The notes under the pieces: generated by a model
Told to the model about the DNA's origin: nothing
Databases searched by the model: none
What the model saw: the letters and a program-made list of their open reading frames with translations, nothing else
Part shown: piece after piece, positions 7,641 to 15,901 of the stretch
How the letters are laid out: every line of letters begins with the position of its first letter
Position numbering within the stretch: the first letter of the stretch is position 1
Program-made: the position numbers and the translations under genes
From: an uncultured Erysipelotrichaceae bacterium
GTDB lineage: Bacteria > Bacillota_I > Bacilli_A > RFN20 > DUOF01
Assembly (NCBI GenBank): GCA_964442785.1
Contig: CAYTZW010000003.1
Coordinates: 1-54,313 of the forward strand
DNA: 54,313 nt
Direction: 5' to 3'

Positions 7641-10600
7641 TGCTATATTTTGATTTTAGCCAAATTTATCAAAATCGTTATGTTAAAAGAGCTCAAGAAT
7701 CTGATTTTTTTAAAGAATTAGAATTGCTTGATATAACTTTTTCTTCTTATTTGAAAGATATTTTTTCTAAATATAAAAACTTTTATGTTTCTTGTCCTAA
7801 TATTGAAAGAAAAGTAGTCAAAGAAGTTAAAAAAGATGTTTACAAGAATTACTTTTTTCGTCCTGTAACGGATAATGAAAAAGAAATTACTTTAAAAACG
7901 GATTTAGTTTTTAGTGAAGAAAAAATTGCTATCGAAGTTAAAGATATTTATATAAATAAAAATAAGCCTAAACAAAAGTATGAAAATAAAATATCTTGTT
8001 CTGTTTCTACTTTTATCGAAAATAAAAAAGTTAAAAGTGATGCCGATTTATTGCGAAATATTATTTCAAATACGCCTTTTATATGTGATGAAAAAGGAAA
8101 AAATTTTATTAGAAAATGGCTTGATTATTTAGAATTTGAAAAAAACTTTTTTTATGACAAAATAGGTTATCTTTATAGTTTAAGTTTTGAAGTTTTAGAA
8201 ATAGTGGAAATAAAAAGAAATCTTGAAAATTTCCAAAAGTATAAAGATGTTCTTTATTATGATGATAGAAGTAATTATCTTTATGTTAAAAAGGAAGATT
8301 ATTTAGGAAATGAAAATTCGTTTTTTGTTGTCGAATTTGAAGTTTTTGTTAATGATGATAATTATAATTGGGTTTCTTCTTTTATAAGTGAAGATATCGA
8401 AATTGCTAATGTTAAAGAAGCGTTAGATGAAAATAAAAAATTGAAAAATAATACCCTTAGTGATATTGAGTTTTCTTTTAAAACAAAAAGATTAGGAAGT
8501 CTTTTAAAACCTTTAACTTGCAAAGATGAAAACATTTACACTTTTTCTAAATTTTGGGTAGGAGATGAATTGATTCTTGAAAGAATTAATGATTACATTT
8601 GTTCCTTTTTTGGAGAAAAACCTTTGCTTGTTAATATTTTAAGTGGTGATTTAGCATTGTATAAACGTGGAAAACAAGCAATGTGTGATTTGTTGGAAGG
8701 TAATGTTAAAAATCCTGGGATAATCTCTTATTTAATGAACCCCGAAAGTTTAACTTTAAATGATGATGTTGCTTTACAAGACATTAAGTGGTCAGCTTCT
8801 TATTTAGACCAATATCAAAAGGAAGCTATTTGGAAAGCTTTAAATAGTGATTCTTTATTTTTAATACAAGGCCCTCCTGGAACAGGAAAAACTCAAGTAA
8901 TTAGTGAACTTGTTTATCAAGCAAATAAAATAGGGAAAAAGGTTTTATTGTCTAGTCAAACTCATATTGCCATTGATAATGCTTTGGATAGATTACCTAA
9001 TCAATTAGATATTCTTCCAATAAGATTAATCAATTTGGAAAGAAAATCTAATTCTGTTAAAGATTTTTTACCAGATAAATTAGTGGATAATTTATACAAT
9101 AAAATAAAGGAAAATTATCATAATAAACAAGATGATTTTATAAAATTTTATAAACAAATAAAGGAAAATAAAAAAGAATTAAAGGAAATAAAAGATTTAA
9201 TAATTGAAAATAAAATAGAAAGAGAAAATTATTTATCTTTAAAAGAAACTATTAATCAATTAAAGACAAAAATATTAATTAACAATAATGAAATTAATAA
9301 CTTGTTTTTGTCCATAAAAGAAAACAAAAAAGATTTAGATGTTTTATCTTTGTTAAAAAATAATGATTATCAAATTAAAGATTATGGTTGTTATATCAAT
9401 TTGGATTTGTTCAAGGATTTTAATAAGATTATTGATAAATATCAACTTAATAGTTTTTATAATGTTGAAAATAATGATTTGAATCAATATTTTAAAATTT
9501 GTTTAAGTGAAAACTTATGGGGAAATGAAAAATTTAGAAAAGATTATCAAAATATAGTAGTTTCTTTTAAAATTGATAATCAAAAAGAAATAAGTATCAA
9601 GGAAAATGAAAAAGAAATTGAAAAGTTAACAAAGGAAAAAATAGTTTTCCTTTCACAATTAGAAAAAGAAGAAAAAGAAATAAGAATTTTAGAAAAAAGT
9701 AAAAAGAAAATCTTTAATCAAATAGATAATTATTTTGCGAATAATTTAGATTTTGATAATCTTGATATTCCTTTGACTGATTTAGATAAAGTTGCTTTTT
9801 TGGAAGAAGAACTAACAAAAAAAGAACAAGAATTAAAAGAAAAAGAAGAAAGATATTTACACTATAAATCTTTATATGATGATTGTGTTGAATTTTTAAA
9901 TAAGAAAAATGATATTGAAGATGATAGAAAAAAATTAACTCGATATTTATTGAATAATAACGCTAATGTCTATGGAATTACTTGTAATGCTAATTCTTCT
10001 TATTTGGAAGAAAAAAATGAATATTTGAAATCTTTAGGTTTAGGAAATGTCGATTTAAAGAATATTGATTTTGATATTACCATTATTGATGAAGTTTCCA
10101 AAGCCACTCCAATCGAATTATTAATTCCTATTTTATATTCTAAAAGCATTGTTTTAGTAGGAGACCACCGACAATTACCACCAACATTTAAGTATAAACC
10201 AAATATGTTAGATAGTTTGAGCAGTGAAAACAAAATAAGTGTCGACAAATTAAAAGAATATCAAAATATGGTCGAAGATAGTTTGTTTAGTAATTTATTC
10301 ACCCGTACTAAAAGTAATAAAGCAATGTTAGTTAATCAATATCGAGCTCATCAACAAATTGTTGAAGTTACTAATACTTTTTATGAAGATAAATTACAAA
10401 TCGCTGATGTTGAAAAACAAAATAAAGCGAAGGAACACCATATTCAAATTAGTTTAAAAGATAATCCTTTGTTTACTAAAAATGTTCATACTTATTGGTT
10501 CAATTCTTTTTATAATAAAGACGGCTCAATTTCTTATGAGAAAAAGTTGTCTAAAGGTAATGAATTGTCTTCTTCTTTTATCAATGAAGAAGAAATCTAT

Positions 10601-11059
10601 TTGACCGAAAATATTTTAAAAGAATTAGATAATTTCTTTGCAGAAAATGAAATTGAAATGTCTTCTATTGGTGTTATTAGTTTGTATAATGACCAAGTTA
10701 AAGAAATAAGAAAAAAAGTTTTAAAAACAAAATATAAAAAACTTCAAATAGATGCTAGTAAAATATCTAGTGTTGATGAATTTCAAGGAAAAGAAGAAGA
10801 TATTATTATTGTCAGTTTAGTAAGAAATAATCCTAAATTTAATGCAGGTGAATTTACTAAAAAATTTGAAAGAATAAATGTTGCTACTTCAAGGGCTAAA
10901 AAAATGCTTATTGTTTTAGGAGCGACACCTTTCTTTACTAAATTAGAAGTTCCAATTACTTCAATGGAAAATGGTGAAAAAGTAAATCGTAAATTATACA
11001 AAGAAGTTTATGAAAGATTTGTCGGAAAAATAGAAAATCCGAATGTATTTTTTGATTAA
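7640..11059 (+). CDS. Upf1/Sen1/Dna2-like SF1B helicase (AAA_11/AAA_12 type) with an unknown ~400-aa N-domain and a long coiled-coil insert
   Basis: Motif I GPPGTGKT (8870-8893), Ia SSQTHIAIDNALDRL, II IIDEVSKA (~10082-10105), III VGDHRQLPP, IV QYRAHQQI, V VDEFQGKEEDIIIVSLVR, VI INVATSRAKKMLIVLG. A K/E/N-rich heptad-like region spans ~9092-9947. The start overlaps the upstream stop codon (TAATG 7638-7642). Confidence 0.9.
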   Translation: MLYFDFSQIYQNRYVKRAQESDFFKELELLDITFSSYLKDIFSKYKNFYVSCPNIERKVVKEVKKDVYKNYFFRPVTDNEKEITLKTDLVFSEEKIAIEVKDIYINKNKPKQKYENKISCSVSTFIENKKVKSDADLLRNIISNTPFICDEKGKNFIRKWLDYLEFEKNFFYDKIGYLYSLSFEVLEIVEIKRNLENFQKYKDVLYYDDRSNYLYVKKEDYLGNENSFFVVEFEVFVNDDNYNWVSSFISEDIEIANVKEALDENKKLKNNTLSDIEFSFKTKRLGSLLKPLTCKDENIYTFSKFWVGDELILERINDYICSFFGEKPLLVNILSGDLALYKRGKQAMCDLLEGNVKNPGIISYLMNPESLTLNDDVALQDIKWSASYLDQYQKEAIWKALNSDSLFLIQGPPGTGKTQVISELVYQANKIGKKVLLSSQTHIAIDNALDRLPNQLDILPIRLINLERKSNSVKDFLPDKLVDNLYNKIKENYHNKQDDFIKFYKQIKENKKELKEIKDLIIENKIERENYLSLKETINQLKTKILINNNEINNLFLSIKENKKDLDVLSLLKNNDYQIKDYGCYINLDLFKDFNKIIDKYQLNSFYNVENNDLNQYFKICLSENLWGNEKFRKDYQNIVVSFKIDNQKEISIKENEKEIEKLTKEKIVFLSQLEKEEKEIRILEKSKKKIFNQIDNYFANNLDFDNLDIPLTDLDKVAFLEEELTKKEQELKEKEERYLHYKSLYDDCVEFLNKKNDIEDDRKKLTRYLLNNNANVYGITCNANSSYLEEKNEYLKSLGLGNVDLKNIDFDITIIDEVSKATPIELLIPILYSKSIVLVGDHRQLPPTFKYKPNMLDSLSSENKISVDKLKEYQNMVEDSLFSNLFTRTKSNKAMLVNQYRAHQQIVEVTNTFYEDKLQIADVEKQNKAKEHHIQISLKDNPLFTKNVHTYWFNSFYNKDGSISYEKKLSKGNELSSSFINEEEIYLTENILKELDNFFAENEIEMSSIGVISLYNDQVKEIRKKVLKTKYKKLQIDASKISSVDEFQGKEEDIIIVSLVRNNPKFNAGEFTKKFERINVATSRAKKMLIVLGATPFFTKLEVPITSMENGEKVNRKLYKEVYERFVGKIENPNVFFD

Positions 11060-11072
11060 TAGGAGGTATTTT

Positions 11073-11864
11073 ATGAAAATTAATTTTTTATCTTTCACGG
11101 ATTATAAATTAAAAATTAATACTTATAAAAAATGTGATTTAGATTTTTTTAGTTTTTTGTTACTTAAAATTATCACAAGTGAAAATAAAGAAAACAAGTC
11201 ATTAAAATCTATCCTTTTTGATTTTGAAATTACTGAACCTTTGATGTATTTAGCTTCTAATGCTTTTTATGAATTAATTGATAATCATTTAATCGAAACT
11301 TCTTTATCTTTTGAAGAAGTAAAATGTTTAGATATTATCACCAATGATTTGACTTATAAATGTTTAGAAAATAACTATTTTTTGATTTTAGAAGATAGTA
11401 AAGAACAAAGTGTTGCCATTAATCCTTTGAATTATAAAATTGTTTTTAATGATAACAAATATAAAGATGATTATCTTGTTTATAATAAAGAAATTAGTTT
11501 ATCTTTGTTAAATGAAATAATTAATGAAAACAAAAAAAGTTTATTTAATATTAGCGATGATTACCAAATAGAAGTAGAAATACTAGAAGCTAATCCTTTG
11601 TTTACAGAATTAAATTGTAAAGACGTGGAATTTCCTTTAGATTTGAAAGAAATTATTTATGACAATTTGCAATACTTTGAAAAAGAAAATCTAAAAGAAT
11701 ATGAAAAAGATTTCGTGATTTTAACAAAAGAATATGAACTAGAAAAAAATGATAAATATGATTTTATAGCAACTTTGAATAAAGAAAAATATGGCTGTTT
11801 TTATTATTTGGTTGCTTCTAATATTGGAAAAATACCAATGATAAAAAGGACAAAATTAAAATAA
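11073..11864 (+). CDS. Hypothetical protein (263 aa), operon member
   Basis: ATG 11073 follows AGGAGG (11061-11066), 14 nt after the helicase stop codon. No catalytic motifs recognised. The N-terminal ~90 aa may be a small helical/wHTH-like module (weak). Confidence 0.6.
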   Translation: MKINFLSFTDYKLKINTYKKCDLDFFSFLLLKIITSENKENKSLKSILFDFEITEPLMYLASNAFYELIDNHLIETSLSFEEVKCLDIITNDLTYKCLENNYFLILEDSKEQSVAINPLNYKIVFNDNKYKDDYLVYNKEISLSLLNEIINENKKSLFNISDDYQIEVEILEANPLFTELNCKDVEFPLDLKEIIYDNLQYFEKENLKEYEKDFVILTKEYELEKNDKYDFIATLNKEKYGCFYYLVASNIGKIPMIKRTKLK

Positions 11865-11879
11865 TAGGAGGTGAAAAAG

Positions 11880-13280
11880 ATGGATTATTACAAAACTTTG
11901 AAAATAAATGAAAATGCGACTAAAAAAGAAATCGAAGAAGCATATAAACTCTTAAGTGATACTTATAATCCTCTTTATAATACTTCTCCGATTGCTTATA
12001 AAAGATATCGAGAAATTCAATATGCGTACCAAATGCTTCAAAATAAAGAATTGATTACTTTTGAAGAAAATGAAATAACTATTCCTGAAGAAAAAGCAGA
12101 AAAATTTGATTATGAAAATTATTTTAATCATCAAAAAGAAATAAATTATATTCCACTGGAAAATGAAGATATCGAATTATATCAAAATGTTAAAACCGAA
12201 AACGAAACTTTAGACCTTTATAAATATCCTTGTGAGATAAATGTTGATTATTTAAAACTTCTTTTAAATTGCCAAATTGATGTTCTTGTTTTTGAAAAAG
12301 AAGAATGTAAAGAAGCTACTCTTTCCATTTGTCCCGTTTGTAATGGAATAGGAGTAGTAGAATATCAACAAAAAAATGTTGTTTGCCCTAAATGTAATGG
12401 AAAAAAGGAAATAAAAGAAGGCCATTGTCATCATAGTTTAAGAAAAGAAAAAAAAGTAAGATTAGATTTGTCAAAAATAGATGTTACAAAACCTTTGATA
12501 ATCTTGGATACTTACTTAACTTTTAACATTTTAAATAAGGACAAAGTAAAAGAAACTAAAGATGAAATATATGTTAATTATGATTTGTCAAAAGAAGAAA
12601 TATTAAAGGGCTTTAATCAAGAATATAATACCGATAAAGGTGTTTTATCTGTTAAGACAAAAAACTTTGAAGAAGACTATATTCTTAATTATGAAGATAA
12701 AAAACTTATTTTTCATTTCAATACTTTTTCTTTTGATGGAAACAATATTGAAAAAACGATTATTTTCAATAAAAAACATTTACATAAAACTTTATATCTT
12801 AACTTAGATAACTTAACTTATTCTTTAGAAAAAACCTCTCAATTTAATTATGAATTTGTTTTATCTAATCTAAAAGGTTCTTTTAAAGTCAAAGAAAAAG
12901 GAGAAAAAGGATATTTAGAAGGAAAAAATGGTGATTTAATTTTGAATTATTTTGCTTGTAATCATTATTTTGAAAGTAGCAAAAATATAATGATAGAAGA
13001 AACTAGTTTACTATCCAATCTTTTTAAAGATTTTAAAATAAAAGGAAAAAATTATTTGCTTGAAAAAGATGATAAATTAGTAATTTTAACAGGAACATCT
13101 TCTAAAAAAGATTACCTAAAAAACTATTTTTGGTTTAAAATCTTGATTTATTTTATTTGGTTATTAATACCACTTATTTTACTAATAGCACCTTTGAGTA
13201 AAGAATTATTTATTTCGATGTGTATTGTTTCTATAAGTTATGCTATTTTAGCAAATGTTTTGTTAAGATTAAAAATATAA
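11880..13280 (+). CDS. Membrane-anchored J-like/DnaJ-like Zn-finger protein with a degenerate HPD motif
   Basis: N-terminus DYYKTLKINENATKKEIEEAYKLLSDTYNPLYN...YREIQYAYQMLQN aligns to the J-domain, but HPD is replaced by NPL (11967-11975). Has CPVCNGIG (12330-12353), CPKCNGKK (12384-12407) and GKNGDLILNYF. Two C-terminal hydrophobic helices (~13125-13270). ATG 11880 lies 8 nt after AGGAGG. Confidence 0.7.
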   Translation: MDYYKTLKINENATKKEIEEAYKLLSDTYNPLYNTSPIAYKRYREIQYAYQMLQNKELITFEENEITIPEEKAEKFDYENYFNHQKEINYIPLENEDIELYQNVKTENETLDLYKYPCEINVDYLKLLLNCQIDVLVFEKEECKEATLSICPVCNGIGVVEYQQKNVVCPKCNGKKEIKEGHCHHSLRKEKKVRLDLSKIDVTKPLIILDTYLTFNILNKDKVKETKDEIYVNYDLSKEEILKGFNQEYNTDKGVLSVKTKNFEEDYILNYEDKKLIFHFNTFSFDGNNIEKTIIFNKKHLHKTLYLNLDNLTYSLEKTSQFNYEFVLSNLKGSFKVKEKGEKGYLEGKNGDLILNYFACNHYFESSKNIMIEETSLLSNLFKDFKIKGKNYLLEKDDKLVILTGTSSKKDYLKNYFWFKILIYFIWLLIPLILLIAPLSKELFISMCIVSISYAILANVLLRLKI

Positions 13281-13293
13281 AGGAGGAAATAAA

Positions 13294-15570
13294 ATGAAAA
13301 AAAATATTATTTTATGGTCATTTTTCTTGATTTTGCTTTCTTTCTTTATGATTTTTACTAGTGAAGAAATAAAAGCAAAAGAAGTATCTACCAATGATTT
13401 TGCTATCTCTGTTGGTAAAGATAATGTTATCTGGCCTTCTTTTGAAAAAAATGAAGATGATACTTATACTTTACATTTTGGAGTAGAAATAAAAGGAACT
13501 AGTCAAGAAGATTTAACTTTTTCTTTGAAAAGTGAAATAACTTATTTTATCAATGATGAAGAACAAAAAGAAATTGACGAGTTAGATAATAATGGAGATT
13601 ATTTTTCTTCCCAAGGAAGTTATACTTTTGATTTATATGATGAAGATATGCCTAGTTATGTTTTAGGAGAATCTCATATTGATAAGATTTATTTTCAATT
13701 TACTTTTGAATGTATAAGTAATCCAACTTACACGTATGCCATTCAAGTTAGTCCCCTTATCGAATTGGAAGTCCAATATGATTATACAAAACCTGTTCTT
13801 TGTGAAAATGAAAATGAATGTAATTATTTAAGCAATAATTCATATTTAACAGAAGATTATCAATTTAAGTTTACAGCGAGTGATGATGTTTCAGGGGTTG
13901 ATTATATTAAATACTTTTTTAGTACCTCTTATTTTATGAATATAAATAAAGATAAATTTGTTAATCAAATCGTTAATGGAGGGACTTTTTCCTACCAAGA
14001 AAATAGAGAATATTTAATTAATTATGGGCAAGCTACTATAAATATCTATTTATATGTTCTTGTCCAAGATAATGCGTCTAATTATTTGTGTATTTGTTTT
14101 AATTATCTTTACCTTTTAGAAGAAGTAGAAAACAATTTGATTTATAACAAAGAAAACAGTTCTATTCCTAATACCGATAACTATTATAAATCTATTAATA
14201 TCAAAATAGATGTTGAAAATGATTTGTATTATGGTATTAGTTATTATAATTATCTTGATGCTTCTAGTTTGAATAATAGCAAATATCTTTATGATAAAGA
14301 AAAAGGAATTGAAATTAATTTACCTTATACTTGTGAAATATATGTTTTTATTGTTTCGTTTGGTAGTGATGATAGTTTTACTTTTATGATTTTACGTTAT
14401 AAACTTGATAATACTGCTCCTACTGTTACTAGTGCCAATTATCCAGACCTTGACCTTACATATAAAAAGGTTACTTTGAATTTTCAATTTTCGGATAATT
14501 CAGGAACATTTAGTTCTTTTTATCAAATTTCTTCTACTATATTAGAGGATTTAGGAACGATTACTAATGTTTATGAAAATGGAACGGATTTAATTGTGGG
14601 AGAAAACCTAAATGGAGAATATTATATATATTTTGCTATTTATGATGCTTTAGAAAATGTTAATTGGTTTTATCTTCATTATATTTTTGATAATCTACCC
14701 CCTGTTTTAACCTTATCAATAAGTGAACAAGATGCTTTGCAAGTATCTAATGGGAAAAGCATCAAATTAACTTTAAATGAGTTAAAAGGAACTACTTTTA
14801 AATGTAAATGGGCTTTAGATAATTTAGAATTAAGCGAAAATGACTTAGATGCAACTTGTAACAAAGATTCTTACATATCCGCTCCTAATAATAGTGAAGG
14901 ATATTATCGTTTATGGGCTTATTTAGAAGATGATGCCGGTAATAGCACTCTTTATCATTCATATCCTTTTTTAATAGATAGCAAAGGTCCTATAGTAGAG
15001 ATTATTCCTACTTATAATGATACAACTTATCGAGAAACTAACCTTATTGATATTAAAGCAACAGATACCTATACAGGCGTTTCTACCGTGTATTATAAAT
15101 GGTTGACTTATGACCAAAATATAACTTCAGGTACAAGTGTTAATTATGAAGTAATTGATAAAATTGATTATCCTTCCGATAGTTATGGTGTTTATGCCTT
15201 GTGGGTTTATGCTATAGACGGTGCAGGAAATGCTACTTTGTACAAAGATAGCAATAAATACTATGTAGATACTGAAAAATATAATTTATCTTTAATTGGT
15301 AAAGAAAAAATAACAATAGTGAAAAATGAAAAATTTGTTGACCCTGGAGTTAAAGCTTTAAAAGGCGAAAGAAAAGTCGCTTACCAAATTGAAAGCGACC
15401 TAGATATTTCCAAAACAGGAGTTTATACCATTACATACAAATTAGACAATTTAACAATCGAAAGAAAAGTAGAAGTTACTAATACTACTTCGTATTATCT
15501 TCTTATTTCTATTTCAACTTTTCTAGGCTTAATTGTTAGTTTTCTTCCTTTAAGAAAGAAAAAGGTTTAG
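13294..15570 (+). CDS. Surface protein with signal peptide, repeated Ig-like domains and a C-terminal TM anchor
   Basis: N-terminal MKKNIILWSFFLILLSFFMIF; C-terminal YYLLISISTFLGLIVSFLPLRKKK. Recurrent D-x-[ST]G / D-x-AGN strand motifs (SDDVSGV, QDNASN, SDNSGT, EDDAGNST, TDTYTGV, IDGAGNAT). DUF5011-like KFVDPGVKA...GVYTITYKL. AAGGAGG SD. Confidence 0.75.
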   Translation: MKKNIILWSFFLILLSFFMIFTSEEIKAKEVSTNDFAISVGKDNVIWPSFEKNEDDTYTLHFGVEIKGTSQEDLTFSLKSEITYFINDEEQKEIDELDNNGDYFSSQGSYTFDLYDEDMPSYVLGESHIDKIYFQFTFECISNPTYTYAIQVSPLIELEVQYDYTKPVLCENENECNYLSNNSYLTEDYQFKFTASDDVSGVDYIKYFFSTSYFMNINKDKFVNQIVNGGTFSYQENREYLINYGQATINIYLYVLVQDNASNYLCICFNYLYLLEEVENNLIYNKENSSIPNTDNYYKSINIKIDVENDLYYGISYYNYLDASSLNNSKYLYDKEKGIEINLPYTCEIYVFIVSFGSDDSFTFMILRYKLDNTAPTVTSANYPDLDLTYKKVTLNFQFSDNSGTFSSFYQISSTILEDLGTITNVYENGTDLIVGENLNGEYYIYFAIYDALENVNWFYLHYIFDNLPPVLTLSISEQDALQVSNGKSIKLTLNELKGTTFKCKWALDNLELSENDLDATCNKDSYISAPNNSEGYYRLWAYLEDDAGNSTLYHSYPFLIDSKGPIVEIIPTYNDTTYRETNLIDIKATDTYTGVSTVYYKWLTYDQNITSGTSVNYEVIDKIDYPSDSYGVYALWVYAIDGAGNATLYKDSNKYYVDTEKYNLSLIGKEKITIVKNEKFVDPGVKALKGERKVAYQIESDLDISKTGVYTITYKLDNLTIERKVEVTNTTSYYLLISISTFLGLIVSFLPLRKKKV

Positions 15571-15821
15571 TCTTCTCTTTCGTGTTTTATTTTGCCCCAG
15601 AAAAAATAATAAACAATGATATAACTTATTCCAAAACCGATTAATTTATTACTTTGTGTTCCACCAATAAAAAGAACACCATTAATACCGACAGAAATAA
15701 AGATTAGAACTAGTTTCCACAAGAAATTATCTTGAACACGGGTAGCAAAATCAAAAAGAGATAAAGTTGTAAAACCTAAAACGAAACCTAAAGTTAATCC
15801 ATATAGAAACATTTTCATCAT
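15567..15821 (-). CDS. Small integral membrane protein (84 aa, ~3 TM)
   Basis: Hydrophobic ORF. Its 3' end overlaps the convergent surface-protein gene by 4 nt. Confidence 0.5.
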   Translation of the reverse strand: MMKMFLYGLTLGFVLGFTTLSLFDFATRVQDNFLWKLVLIFISVGINGVLFIGGTQSNKLIGFGISYIIVYYFFWGKIKHERED

Positions 15822-15901
15822 TCCTTTACTTTTTTAATATAACAAAAAAAGATATAAATTTCATTATTTTTGTAGTATTATTTATGCAAAGGGGTGCTAG
15901 T

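Noticed and set aside
10000-11001. Minus-strand ORFs 10000..10248 and 10783..11001
   Set aside because: They are antisense to conserved helicase motifs II-VI and are shadow ORFs.
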